64,000 bases of DNA, from positions 92,008,001 through 92,072,000 of the forward strand of contig NC_043006.1 of the NCBI RefSeq assembly GCF_006345805.1, read 5' to 3'. The notes under the pieces were generated by a model. That model was not told where the DNA came from and ran no database searches. It saw only the letters and a program-made list of their open reading frames with translations. Within the stretch, counting starts at the first letter, position 1; each line of letters begins with the position of its first letter. A program made the translations under genes and the position numbers. Shown here in pieces: positions 41,341-52,905 of the stretch. The stretch is from Octopus sinensis (lineage: Eukaryota).

Positions 41341-41626
41341 GGAGAGTTTACGAAAAAAAACAAAGAGATGTATTAGTATAACTGTCAGGAATGGGAAAAG
41401 TATGTTACGTTTCGAGCGTACGCTCTTCTACAGAAAGGGACACGGAAAAAATAAGGAGAGAAACAAAGAGAGAAAAAAATGTGTGTAGTGGCTAACGATC
41501 TATCATGGCGGCTAGGGGCGGACAGAAGGGTAGGGAAAGACCAAAAAATACATGTAAGTTTAGAAAGTATAAAAATAAATATAAAAATATAGTAATGACA
41601 ATAATAACAGTTTTACGTATATATAT

Positions 41627-42105
41627 ATATATTAATAAAAGGAATTCCAACCTTGTCTGATTTTCATGTTTTATTTACAATCTTATAATCATATATTATA
41701 AGATAATATATTATAATAGATTAAAATAAAATAGTAGAATGTTAAATGTTCATTCTGATTGAACTAGTACTTTCATGCATTAAATTCTGCAATCTTCGGG
41801 TTCGTGTAGTAGTGGTGACAGTCTTGCTTCACAATTTTTGACTGTAGCAAGATGATTGATTCTGTGCTTTAAATACAGCTGGGTAGGCTCCAGAGTGCTA
41901 GGTTTTGCAAACTGTATTCTGACCAATCAGTGTGTAGTATCACTCAATTACTTAAGCTGATTGGTTGGTTGAGCTGACTGGTTTAGGCGTCACACTTTGT
42001 TGGACATGTCAAGAGTCCTGTATCTTGACCCTGGCCGAAGCAGCAATTGTTGGGTTATTTTTAGAAATGTTGTAAATAGCCTTTGTCAGAGATTTTTATA
42101 TTTTT
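41627..42105 (-). repeat. Left (inverted) pseudo-LTR
   Basis: Reverse complement of 45137-45615; about 10 mismatches in 479 nt by manual comparison. Confidence 0.95.
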
Positions 42106-42111
42106 TGCAGC

Positions 42112-44943
42112 GGAAACAATTATTTCTCGACAAATATGCTACAAATTACGGTAAAAACACCAGAACTCCGAGAAATAGTATTAAAAGTGGACAACCTCAC
42201 CAACGCAACATACACCAGAACACGTAGCAACATGAACACCCGTTTCACCACGAATCGAAGACGAACTACGGTAAGAACTCTTCCCTTTTTGAATGCAAAC
42301 ACCCTAATGCACACAACATGAACAAAAAGCACAAACAAAATAGATATTCTTTTGAACAGACCATTAGCAGTAGAAATAACAGATCATTTTCAAGACCTCA
42401 ACAGAGATTACCCACAAGAAACTGGACAAAAAAACCGATCTAGATCTAGAAGTAAACCCAGATCATTTCTCCAGGTGGTTAAAAACAATGCTAACAAGAA
42501 ATTGAAAAGTAGCATACATAATACCAAAAACAAGACAGAAAACATAACGAAACCAAGTAAAATACCACAACCAAAACGCAATATTCATCAAGCAAACATC
42601 AACAGGAATATAAATCATAAACAGAAAAAAATCCATTTTTTTACGTCAGGACAACAAACACCGGAGAAAGAACAAATCCAAGAGGAAACATACCCCAAAC
42701 AACTGAACGTATAGATCCTAAAATAATTAATTTATCAAAAAGAGATCTTGACAATGATGAAATCCAACTTCTGTCAAAAGGACTGAAATTCATACCAACA
42801 CCAACAGCCAACCACCAAGAATTAAAGGAGGATATCCAAAAATTCTGTCGAAAATTACGACTTGTAGAATTCTTCGCTAACAAAAGTAATGAGATTGATG
42901 AATCTCTAGTAAGGAATAAATCAAATTTCACCCCACCAAAAGGAAGAAATAACTACCTTGACCAATACATTGATATCCTGTCTAAATTTCCCCTTAGACG
43001 CAATACCAATGTTAGGCCATACATTAGCAAATCAGAGATGTCTGCATGTAAACGTATACAAAACGATCAAACAATAATAATTAAACAAGCAGATAAAGGT
43101 GGTGCAATTGTTATTATGGATACCGAATACTATAAGGATTTGGTTGAGGACCAACTGAAGGATACAACCTTCTATTGTGAAATACCCGCAAATATAGACC
43201 ACCACATCATGAAAAAGATCAACAACCTGATCTCAACACACTACAACTCACTTACGGATAATGAAAGAGACTACATCACCAATTTCGAACCAAAACCCAG
43301 CAACTTCTACGGCTTACCAAAAATACACAAAAGATATTCAACAGGCAGTAAAAGAACAAGAAAGTGAGTACATAAAATTACTACATCCAAAAGACCTAAA
43401 ACTTAGACCTATTATAGCTGGTCCAGCATGCCCTACCCACCGTCTAAGCAATTTTATTGAGATTGTTTTGAAACCACTATGTACTTACATACCCAGTTTC
43501 ATCAGGGATGACATCGACTTCCTGTCCCATCTTCCCAAAACAACAGAAACAAATTCAGTTTTACTAAGTTTTGATGTGGTAAGCCTCTACACCAATATTC
43601 CACACGATTTAGGAATAAAGGCGATTAAATACTGTTTAGAAAAACATAGAGAAGTGATTCCCAGCAGATTCACAGTGCCATTTATATTAGACACAGTCAA
43701 ACTTATTCTAGAAAACAACACTTTCTTCTTCAATGGAAAGAATTACATCCAAATTAGAGGCACGGCGATGGGAACGAGGTTTGCTCCCGTTTACGCCAAC
43801 TCTGTAATGGGATACTTAGAACAACAACTCTACCAAGAGGTGGAGGTAAACTATGGCACTGGATTTAGAAAGTATATTGAAAAGGCATGGAAGAGATACC
43901 TTGACGACTGCTTCATAATCTGGACAGAATCTCTAAATACTCTGGAAGAGTTCAATATCCTCCTGAACAACCTACACCCATCTCTCCAATTTACAAAGGA
44001 GATGAGTAGTACCAAATTACCATTCCTAGATATAATGGTAATTAAAAAAGACACCACCATCACCACAGATATATACTATAAACACACAGACACACATCAA
44101 TACCTAAATTTTAAGTCGTGCCATCCACCACATACAAAACGTAACATCCCATACTGCCTAGCCAGAAGAATTTGTACCATTGTAGAAGATGCAAATATCA
44201 GGAATAAACGCCTAATAGAACTAAGAGAATTTTTGCTCTAACAAAAATACCCATCTCTACTTATAGAAAATGGCATACAGCGGGCTATAAAAATACCCAT
44301 ACAACAACTTAGGACAACCCAAGGAAGAGGAAAACAAGAACAAGTCATACCATTCATAGTGACACACAACCCATGTTACCAGAATATCTTCAACATTGCC
44401 AAAGCAAACCTACCAATCATTGCCCAAAGTAATGAATTAAAAGACATAATCACGGATCGAGCTATGGTGCTTAGTAAAAGACAGCCTAAAAACTTGAAAA
44501 AATTACTAACAAAGGCAAAATTTGACCTTAGCAACAAAGACCAAACATTCACTGTATCTAAATGCAATGATAGCCATTGTGGCACATGCCAATTCATACA
44601 TACCAGCCAATATATAAACACAAAAACCGGGAAAATATTCACAAACGCGAATATGAACTGCAAAAGCAGAAATTTAATTTACTGCATCAAATGCCCAAAT
44701 TGTGAAGAAATATATGTAGGTCAGACGGGAAACGCACTATCAGAACGCTCACGTGTACACCGGCAACAGATTAGAGACCCAGATGTCCGTCAGATACCTT
44801 TGAGTAACCACCTAGCAACATGTGGCCGGAAAATCTATATAATATTTCCATTCTACAAATTACACAGCCCAAGAGAAATCGAGAGGAAAATCAGAGAAAA
44901 GAATTTTATTGATAAATTCGAACCCGAGCTAAATAAGCAATAA
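42112..44943 (+). pseudogene. PLE RT-GIY-YIG polyprotein, disrupted
   Basis: IINLS..LSKGLKFIP, KQADKGGAIVIMD, YGLPKIHK, LRPII, SFDVVSLYTNIP, GTAMG, RYLDD, FLDI, CNDSHCGTC linker and LIYCIKC..IYVGQT. Lesions: TGA at 42319, frame change near 42640, frameshift near 43330, TAA at 44239. Confidence 0.9.
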
Positions 44944-45260
44944 TAATAATACTTAGAGGTACTACTTCTACTGCTACGACCATGACCACTAACAACAACA
45001 ACAATACTAAAGGTGATCAAGATGAAGATAGCAGGAAAATTATCTTATTCAGGGTTAAAAGTTCTATTGCCACCACCATCACTAGTAGCAACAATAAATA
45101 AGGTGCTGACAATGATGATGATGAGAATTGAAATATAAAAATATAAAAATCTCTGACAAAGGCTATTTACAACATTTCTAAAAATAACCCAACAATTGCT
45201 GCTTCGGCCAGGGTCAAGATACAGGACTCTTGACATGTCCAACAAAGCGTGACGCCTAAA

Positions 45261-45380
45261 CCAATCAGCTCAACCAACCAATCAGCTTAAGTAATTGAAT
45301 GATACTACACACTGATTGGTCAGAATACAGTTTGCAAAACCTAGCACTCTGGAGCCTACCCAGCTGCATTTAAAGCACAG
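45261..45380 (+). promoter_or_regulatory. Putative pseudo-LTR promoter: three CCAAT boxes and a TTTAAA element
   Basis: CCAAT at 45261 and 45278, ATTGG at 45315, catttaaagc near 45370, about 65 nt upstream of the hammerhead. Confidence 0.4.
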
Positions 45381-45438
45381 AATCAATCATCTTGCTACAG
45401 TCAAAAATTGTGAAGCATGAATGTCACCACTACTACAC

Positions 45439-45481
45439 GAACCCGAAGATTGCAGAATTTGATGCATGAAAGTACTAGTTC
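45439..45481 (+). ncRNA. Candidate minimal type I hammerhead ribozyme, CCGAAGA core (mirror copy at 41761-41803, minus strand)
   Basis: GAAC-CCGAAGA-U-UGCA(gaauuuga)UGCA-U-GAAA-GUAC-UA-GUUC. Confidence 0.7.
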
Positions 45482-45639
45482 AATCAGAATGAACATTTAA
45501 CATTCTACTATTTTATTTTATTCTATTATAATATATTATCTTATAATATATCATTATAAGATTGTAAATAAAACGTGAAAATCAGACAAGGTTGGAATTC
45601 CTTTTATTAATATATTCTTCTATACACAATCACACACAC

Positions 45640-45705
<66 letters not shown>

Positions 45706-45766
45706 ATATTCAGAAGGAGATAAAAAGCCAAGGCTGTGAAGATTTTAGAACATTTATAAATAGAAT

Positions 45767-45814
45767 GTCTTACAGCTTTTTCCAGGATATTTATTATATC
45801 CCTTCATTGGAGAC
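45767..45814 (-). ncRNA. Degenerate minimal hammerhead, CCAAUGA core, at the edge of another repeat
   Basis: GUCU-CCAAUGA-A-GGGAUAU(aauaa)AUAUCCU-G-GAAA-AAGCUG-UA-AGAC. Confidence 0.5.
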
Positions 45815-46635
45815 GGTGTGAGAAAGTGGTTAAGCAATATTTGATTTAGTTAAGATAGGAATTAGAGAATGAAGTGGAGGAATGACAACAGACGTGAGAT
45901 ATGCAGGGATATTGCATTTGTAGATACATTATTTAGGCAGAATGGTATACATATAAGATTCCAATACCTTGTGAGTAAATTCCAAATGTATTTAAAATTG
46001 GTCATTCCAAGTATAGAGTTTGTACACAGTCCTATTGAATCGAGGGTTTTATTTACAGACTCCTCATTCGCATAATCAACGAACCTGGAGCTTAACAATG
46101 CTCTATTCATTGCACTTACTCAGCATTACCTGACAACTTTGGGTCTTATTGACACCATTACATCTCATAACTTCTCTCTCTTTCTCTTTCTCACACACAC
46201 TATCTCTCTCTCTATATATATATATCACACATATATATATATGCATTTATTTACATATATACGTATATATAAACACACGCACACACACACACACACACAT
46301 ATATATAAATGTGTGTGTATGTGTGTGTACAAAGCTGTGTTTGTTGGTGTATCTATCTATGCATATATTTATAAGACTATGTACATATATGCCTTAGTGT
46401 GTGTGTGGCAATATATCTGAATTATTTTCCGAGTTACATTTATTTATATTTTATTGAGTGTAAAAATCCTTTTATTCTTTTATTCTTATACTTGTTTCAG
46501 TCATATGCCTGCGGCCATGCTGGTGCACCGCCTTTAGTTGAACAAATCCACCCCAGGGCTCACAAACCTTCGAATACACGACACATGTATATAAATATAC
46601 ACACATTGTGCATACATGCATAGTGAAGTCAATCG

Positions 46636-46825
46636 CCACATCAAAGTGGCCGTTCCATGTTACTTCTAGTTTAACCCTAGGCATGTTGCAAATCAGTGGC
46701 CGATGGTCACTTTGTTAACAATATAATGTATATAAAGGGTGCAGAGTTTTGCACCGATGACCAGCTGGTGGAGAACCTGCCTGGGGTTAAAAGGGTAGTA
46801 ACATTCCACAGCCACTTTGATGTAG
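46636..46825. mobile_element. MITE-like element with imperfect ~48-bp TIRs
   Basis: ccacatcaaagtggc...tttaaccctaggca versus tgcctggggttaaa...gccactttgatgtag. Confidence 0.55.
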
Positions 46826-47026
46826 TGAATGGATTTAGTGTTTAGGAGAGTTACTACTCTCTCTCCCTCTTCTTGAGATTTTACAACTATATATACATAT
46901 ATACATACATATATATATATTATCTCTTATCAATAATAAAAGGGTAAAATTAATTAATTGTTAATTAATTTTACCAAGTAGTGTTCAGTATGTAAAAAGA
47001 CCATTTACGGTATATTTAAAACATTA

Positions 47027-47390
47027 TGTTATATAATTAGGGTTCAGTAAAATAATTTACTTTACCACACACCGTACTTTTAGAAATAGCAGCCAAAAAA
47101 TCTTAGCTATTTCTTCTACTATAAGAAAAATCTCCCAGACAATGCATACTCAAAAATAATTCACACAGGTATAGAGGGAAAAATAATGAAAGATCACACG
47201 TACATAAGATTATGTACGTGTGATCTTTCGTTATTTTTCCCTCTATACCTGTGTGAATTATTTTTGAGTATGCATTGTCTGGGAGATTTTTCTTATAGTA
47301 GAAGAAATAGCTAAGATTTTTTGGCTGCTATTTCTAAAAGTACGGTGTGTGGTAAAGTAAATTATTTTACTGAACCCTAATTATATAACA
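47027..47390. repeat. Near-perfect palindrome: 181-bp arms, 2-nt spacer, 1 mismatch
   Basis: Arms at 47027-47207 and 47210-47390. Confidence 0.95.
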
Positions 47391-47445
47391 CACACAAACA
47401 CACACATATATATATATGTATATATATGTATGTATATATATATGG

Positions 47446-47479
<34 letters not shown>

Positions 47480-49152
47480 TATATAATTAGGGTTCAGTAA
47501 ACACACACACATATGTTTGAATATATGAATGCATGCATGTATATATCTCACAGTTAGCGGAGTGATGGTAAACTAGCGATCTGCGCCATCAGAAGTTTGG
47601 GATGAGAGATATAGTTTATCCTTTGGTTTTAGTCCATGAAAATATTAATCACTGTATTGGAGGTCATATTGAGAGGAAGAAGGAAATGACTTTTATATGC
47701 CCCCAAATACGCTAATTCCTTTCGTGAAATAGTAAAGAATTATTTCCTGTGTAAGTGGTGATTAGAGAGATGGGAATGCGACTAAAGACACCAAATGGAA
47801 AGAGGATTCTACATCATGAAGCAACAGATGGACTTATACTTTATTATGCGCAGGGGATTGTTTTGTTTTTGATGTGTGTGTCGATGGGGGATGCTCCAAG
47901 TGTCAGTTATTTGCAAACAGCTAGCCAAGAATATTAGGAACCTTTACATCCGTACAACCATGCGAAGAGTTAAAATATAATCCTTTCTTTGGCCTATTTT
48001 CATTGATGCTCTCTAACATATAAGTGCGTGGTAAGCGGTGCATATAGAACAGACTAAGGGTCGATGTACTAAAGGACAGACACAAAACTACTCAATGAAT
48101 TTGTACTTCCCTTTTAATTGGAGAAAGAACTCAAAATGCTAGTAGTAGCAACAACTCTTTAAAACAAGGGATAACTTCAAGAATTCCCCAAATGAATTTA
48201 TGTACAAAAGGAAATTTCTTGAGTCTGATTTCATGCAAAGGGGGAGCAAAGCTCAATTTTGGACGTTTTTTGATTTATTGGAATCGAGCATAACGTCTGA
48301 AGTCTGCATTGTTCAGTTAAAAGTCAATAGTTTTAAATATAGAGGGAAAATTACGAACAGTTGTGGTCAAAATAATGTTTTAAGGGGTATTACTAAAGTT
48401 TGTCAAAATTTGAGACGCAAACAATTATAGCTTATTTTTGCCTTCATACTGCTTCACCATTTAAAATATTACATTGCTTTTGCTACCGTCTCATTTTATT
48501 AAATCCCTTAGAATTACCTTTTGAAACGTAATTTATTATCACCAGCTGTTTTAAATGTTCCTTAAATATGGACACATACACGTACACATATAAATAAATA
48601 TATGTGTGCGTGTATATGTATGTGCACACGTGCAAGATTGTGGGAGATAATTAACCATTCAGTAAATGAAAATAACATCTGCTTAACACAACCTCCAGGG
48701 CCAACCAAGCCACCATTCGAGCGCGATTTCCACCATTTCTAGCTATTCCTGCGACTTATTGAATCGACTAAACATTTGGCCTGATCCCCACAAGTGGCTA
48801 TCACATGGCTTTAGTACACGGCCGTAGCAGGGAACTGACAAAAAGGATACCCTTATCTTACCACGTGAAAATCTTCAACCAGTCAATCTGAATGTTAAAT
48901 AAGAACAATCTAATCCACATTCTGCCTATAAAAGAACCAACGAATATTGGAAGGACGTCGAGAAATGTCATAGTTTGTGACATAGCTCCACATTTCACAT
49001 CTCTTACTCGTCTGAAAGACACATAAACGTGAAACCGGTTAAATGCATTCAAATTAATATAAATAAATCTCACGCTAAGTGTATTTCCGACTTTATTCAA
49101 TTCTTTATACACACTCTCACTCACAAAGAGGCGCACAAACATACACGTGCAC

Positions 49153-49185
<33 letters not shown>

Positions 49186-49699
49186 TGTATGTATGTATGT
49201 ATGTATGTATGTGCGTATGTAGATCCTCCTGCGTATTTGCCAACATTTGTTTATGCGCAGACTATTTATAAGCGAGTGACCTAGAAACGACAAGTAAGCT
49301 AACCCGTTGCCTTACACAGTCCGACTAGATTCATCTTCCTTTTCGTTCTAATTCCCTCCCTGCATCCAATACTATTCTCTCTTAAATCCTTATCCCGTCT
49401 CTTGGTTCCTTCTTCCAATCCTGGCATTTGTTGAAACTAATCTATTTTCAGAGTGTACTTCTTCGATGTTTCCATAAATATCTTAGACTGGGGGTGGGGG
49501 TGGGGAAACAACAGAAACAGCAAATACACAAATGATAAAGTTTACTTGCTCAGCAAGAAACGACTTGGATTAGAATGTCGTAAATTCTTCTTTCAAGGAT
49601 ATTCAGATGGAAAACCTTTCTATCAATAGAAAGGTTGTAAATAAAATGCTTGTAAATAAGCATGTGTATCTGAATGTCTGGCTGCCTGTCTATGTATGC

Positions 49700-50160
<461 letters not shown>

Positions 50161-50740
50161 AGAGATAGATAAGTTATATGGAAAGTGAAAGAAAATAAAC
50201 GGAAGAAATTAAAGAAACGGATCGAACTGCGCTGAAATTTTATAGTTTCTGCTCAGATACAAATATTCCATTTCCTTATCTTTATTTCTAATCTGGTTCA
50301 ATTTCAATTCAGTTTTCTCCTTTGAGATAGGAAAGGAAAAAAAATTCCGATAGCTTCTCCCTTTTATTTTGATACTGTAACTATAGATGGCACACAATCG
50401 AAGTTGGCAGTATCCCAGTCTAAATGGAAACCACCTGATTGTTGTAAAATGTATTGCTTAAAGTATAAATAAAAGTCAATGTTAATAAATATTTTAGCGG
50501 GAGAGAAGGAAAAACAAAGAAGAATAAAGAGATTCACTTGTCAAAATTTTAGAATGAGTTATGTTTCGCGTAAATCATGCAAAGACAAATATGTGTCCGC
50601 GCGCGCGCGAGTGAGGGTGAGTGGGTGTGTAGTGCATGGTAAGCGGTGCATACACGCAGTGTGCATCCACTCGCACATGAATATATTTGTGGGCGTGTTG
50701 TGTGTGTGAGTGTAGATATGTATATGTATGTGTATGTATG

Positions 50741-50772
<32 letters not shown>

Positions 50773-51359
50773 TGTATGTATGTATTTATGTATGTATGTA
50801 TGTATGTATATATGTATGTGTATGTGTGTATGTATGTTGCATGTATGTTTAAAAGAACAACCAGAAAACAAATAGTTGGTGTATCAAAACTACCAAATAA
50901 ACTATTTCTGAAATACTAGCTATTTAATCTCTTATTTTTTTGAACGATATATGAACGTGTCTGGGTGTTTGTACATGTGTGTGTACGTCTTTGTGTGTGT
51001 GTGAGTATGCATGCGTGCATGTGTGTGTCCGTGTACATATGCATGTGTATGTTTTTGGTCCTTGGCGGCCACTGTCAATCTAGTACTTCACCAAAATATG
51101 ATCTTTTGTGGGGTTCTATACCAAAGCTGCCAGTGTTATCCAGACAACAGAATATGGTGGATTCTACTGAAGCCAGCTTGTAATATCTTCCGCAATATTT
51201 ACACCTTTCTTAATAGCCTTACGCTGACATTGTTTTAGCCCAGTCACCATGGTTTCCCATTCAATGGAGTTTCGGATGACCACTTGCACTATTTTATGTA
51301 ATCACTGTAACCTTCATAACATTTTTGAATTAAGTGCACATTTTGCCATAAAAGGAAAA

Positions 51360-51495
51360 TTTTGCTATCGATCTATTTTATTCAAGGTAGGCATTACTTA
51401 CCTTGCCTACCTAGGTAACACGTCCATGATATATATATATATATATAAGTATATTTATATAAGTATATATATGATATATATATATATATATATAA

Positions 51496-51531
<36 letters not shown>

Positions 51532-51623
51532 TTTGCTATCAATCTATTTTATTCAAGGTAGGCATTACCTACCTTGCCTACCTAGGTAACACGTCCATGA
51601 TATATATATATATATATAAGTAT
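51360..51623 (+). repeat. Direct duplication of a ~90-bp unit (period 171) inside (TA)n
   Basis: ttttgctatc(g/a)atctattttattcaaggtaggc...acacgtccatgata at 51360 and 51531. Confidence 0.9.
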
Positions 51624-51652
51624 ATATATGATATATATATATAAGTATATAA

Positions 51653-51701
<49 letters not shown>

Positions 51702-52407
51702 AATAAAATAGAACATATGCATATATATAAACATATATGTACGTACCTACCTCTACATGTACATATACACGCATATATGTGTACAGGACACCAAAAAGAC
51801 GTCGAACACATAGAGAGACGAAACACATAGACACAAACCAAGGAACAAGACAAGCAAAAAAAAAGAGAGATACAGGACAATAAGCACAACGAAAAATCCC
51901 CTTCTTCAGTCGCTAAGATTTCATCTACTAAACGTTTCGAAGGATAAAAGCGAGACGTATACTTCGAAGAAAAATTCCTTCCCGCGAAAAGCAAATCAAT
52001 TAAAATTCTGAGATCTTTTCGCAGAGGGGTAAAAAAAAGCAAGACGGTAACGACAGTACAAACATATAAACAGTAAAAAATATATATATAAACAGTGGAA
52101 AAATAAATATATAACAGTGAGAGACAGGACAAGGAGAACAAGATAAGAAGGGCTGTTAACGCCAGACGAAAAAAGTATTGCAAACGCTGGATTATCGTGG
52201 AAGACGAGAGAGGGAAAATTTGTCGACCAGAAGCCTTACAAGGCGGGCGAGAAAAGACAGGATAGCAGTTACGACGGAAGTATCGTCGCAGATGGATGAC
52301 GGGAATGGGGGAGGAGGAGCAAGAGGAAGAGAGAGAAGAAGGGGAATGGTGCGAGGAGACCATGAAGAATGGTGAAAGGGATATATATATATATATATAT
52401 ATATACA

Positions 52408-52674
52408 TTCAACTCAATCAACACTGAAAGGTTTTATACCCGACCAGTCCATAAAATGTTAAAAATCAAATCTTATACTAACTATATCTATTCTGAATCC
52501 CGTGTTTTCAGTTTATAAGACTACACGTGTTTCATGGCGTACTTTCATGAAACACGTGTAGTCTTATAAACTGAAAACACGGGATTCAGAATAGATATAG
52601 TTAGTATAAGATTTGATTTTTAACATTTTATGGACTGGTCGGGTATAAAATCTGTCAGTGTTGATTGAGTTGAA
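52408..52674. repeat. Palindrome: 129-bp arms, 9-nt loop, 2 mismatches
   Basis: Arms at 52408-52536 and 52546-52674; loop gcgtacttt. Confidence 0.95.
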
Positions 52675-52801
52675 GGTGGTTCTGTCTCTAAAACTACTTT
52701 ATATATATACGGATTAAACATTGAGTGATGTTCATTTTAGTACATCTAATTTGAATGTCTTTTTCATGTGTACTCGGAAGTAACATTCCCTAATAATAAT
52801 A

Positions 52802-52905
<104 letters not shown>

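Larger units (their letters stand above)
41627..45615 (+). mobile_element. Penelope-like retroelement (C-terminal GIY-YIG, Neptune-like) with 479-bp inverted terminal repeats
   Basis: PLE ORF between inverted repeats at 41627-42105 and 45137-45615; both ends lie in TA-rich sequence. Confidence 0.92.
45137..45615 (+). repeat. Right (sense) pseudo-LTR
   Basis: Inverse of 41627-42105; both copies encode the same MLDMSRVLYLDPG peptide on opposite strands. Confidence 0.95.

Noticed and set aside
42054-42110. Possible PLE intron (GT at 42054, ttttttgcag acceptor at 42110) after the ATG at 42006
   Set aside because: Weak donor, and splicing keeps a frame that stops at 42227 rather than joining the element ORF.
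42319-42321. In-frame TGA as possible selenocysteine (known in some Naiad PLEs)
   Set aside because: The element also has a TAA and frameshifts, and I see no SECIS; a simple nonsense mutation is more parsimonious.
47027-47390. Hammerhead at the centre or in the arms of this palindrome
   Set aside because: GAAA-GAUC and GAAA-UAGCUA lack U16.1 and an upstream core.
51578-52408. 276-aa minus-strand ORF, with CUGAAGA at 51903-51909
   Set aside because: Low-complexity antisense reading of a purine-rich repeat. The CUGAAGA has no stem II partner or correctly placed GAAA, so it is not called a ribozyme.
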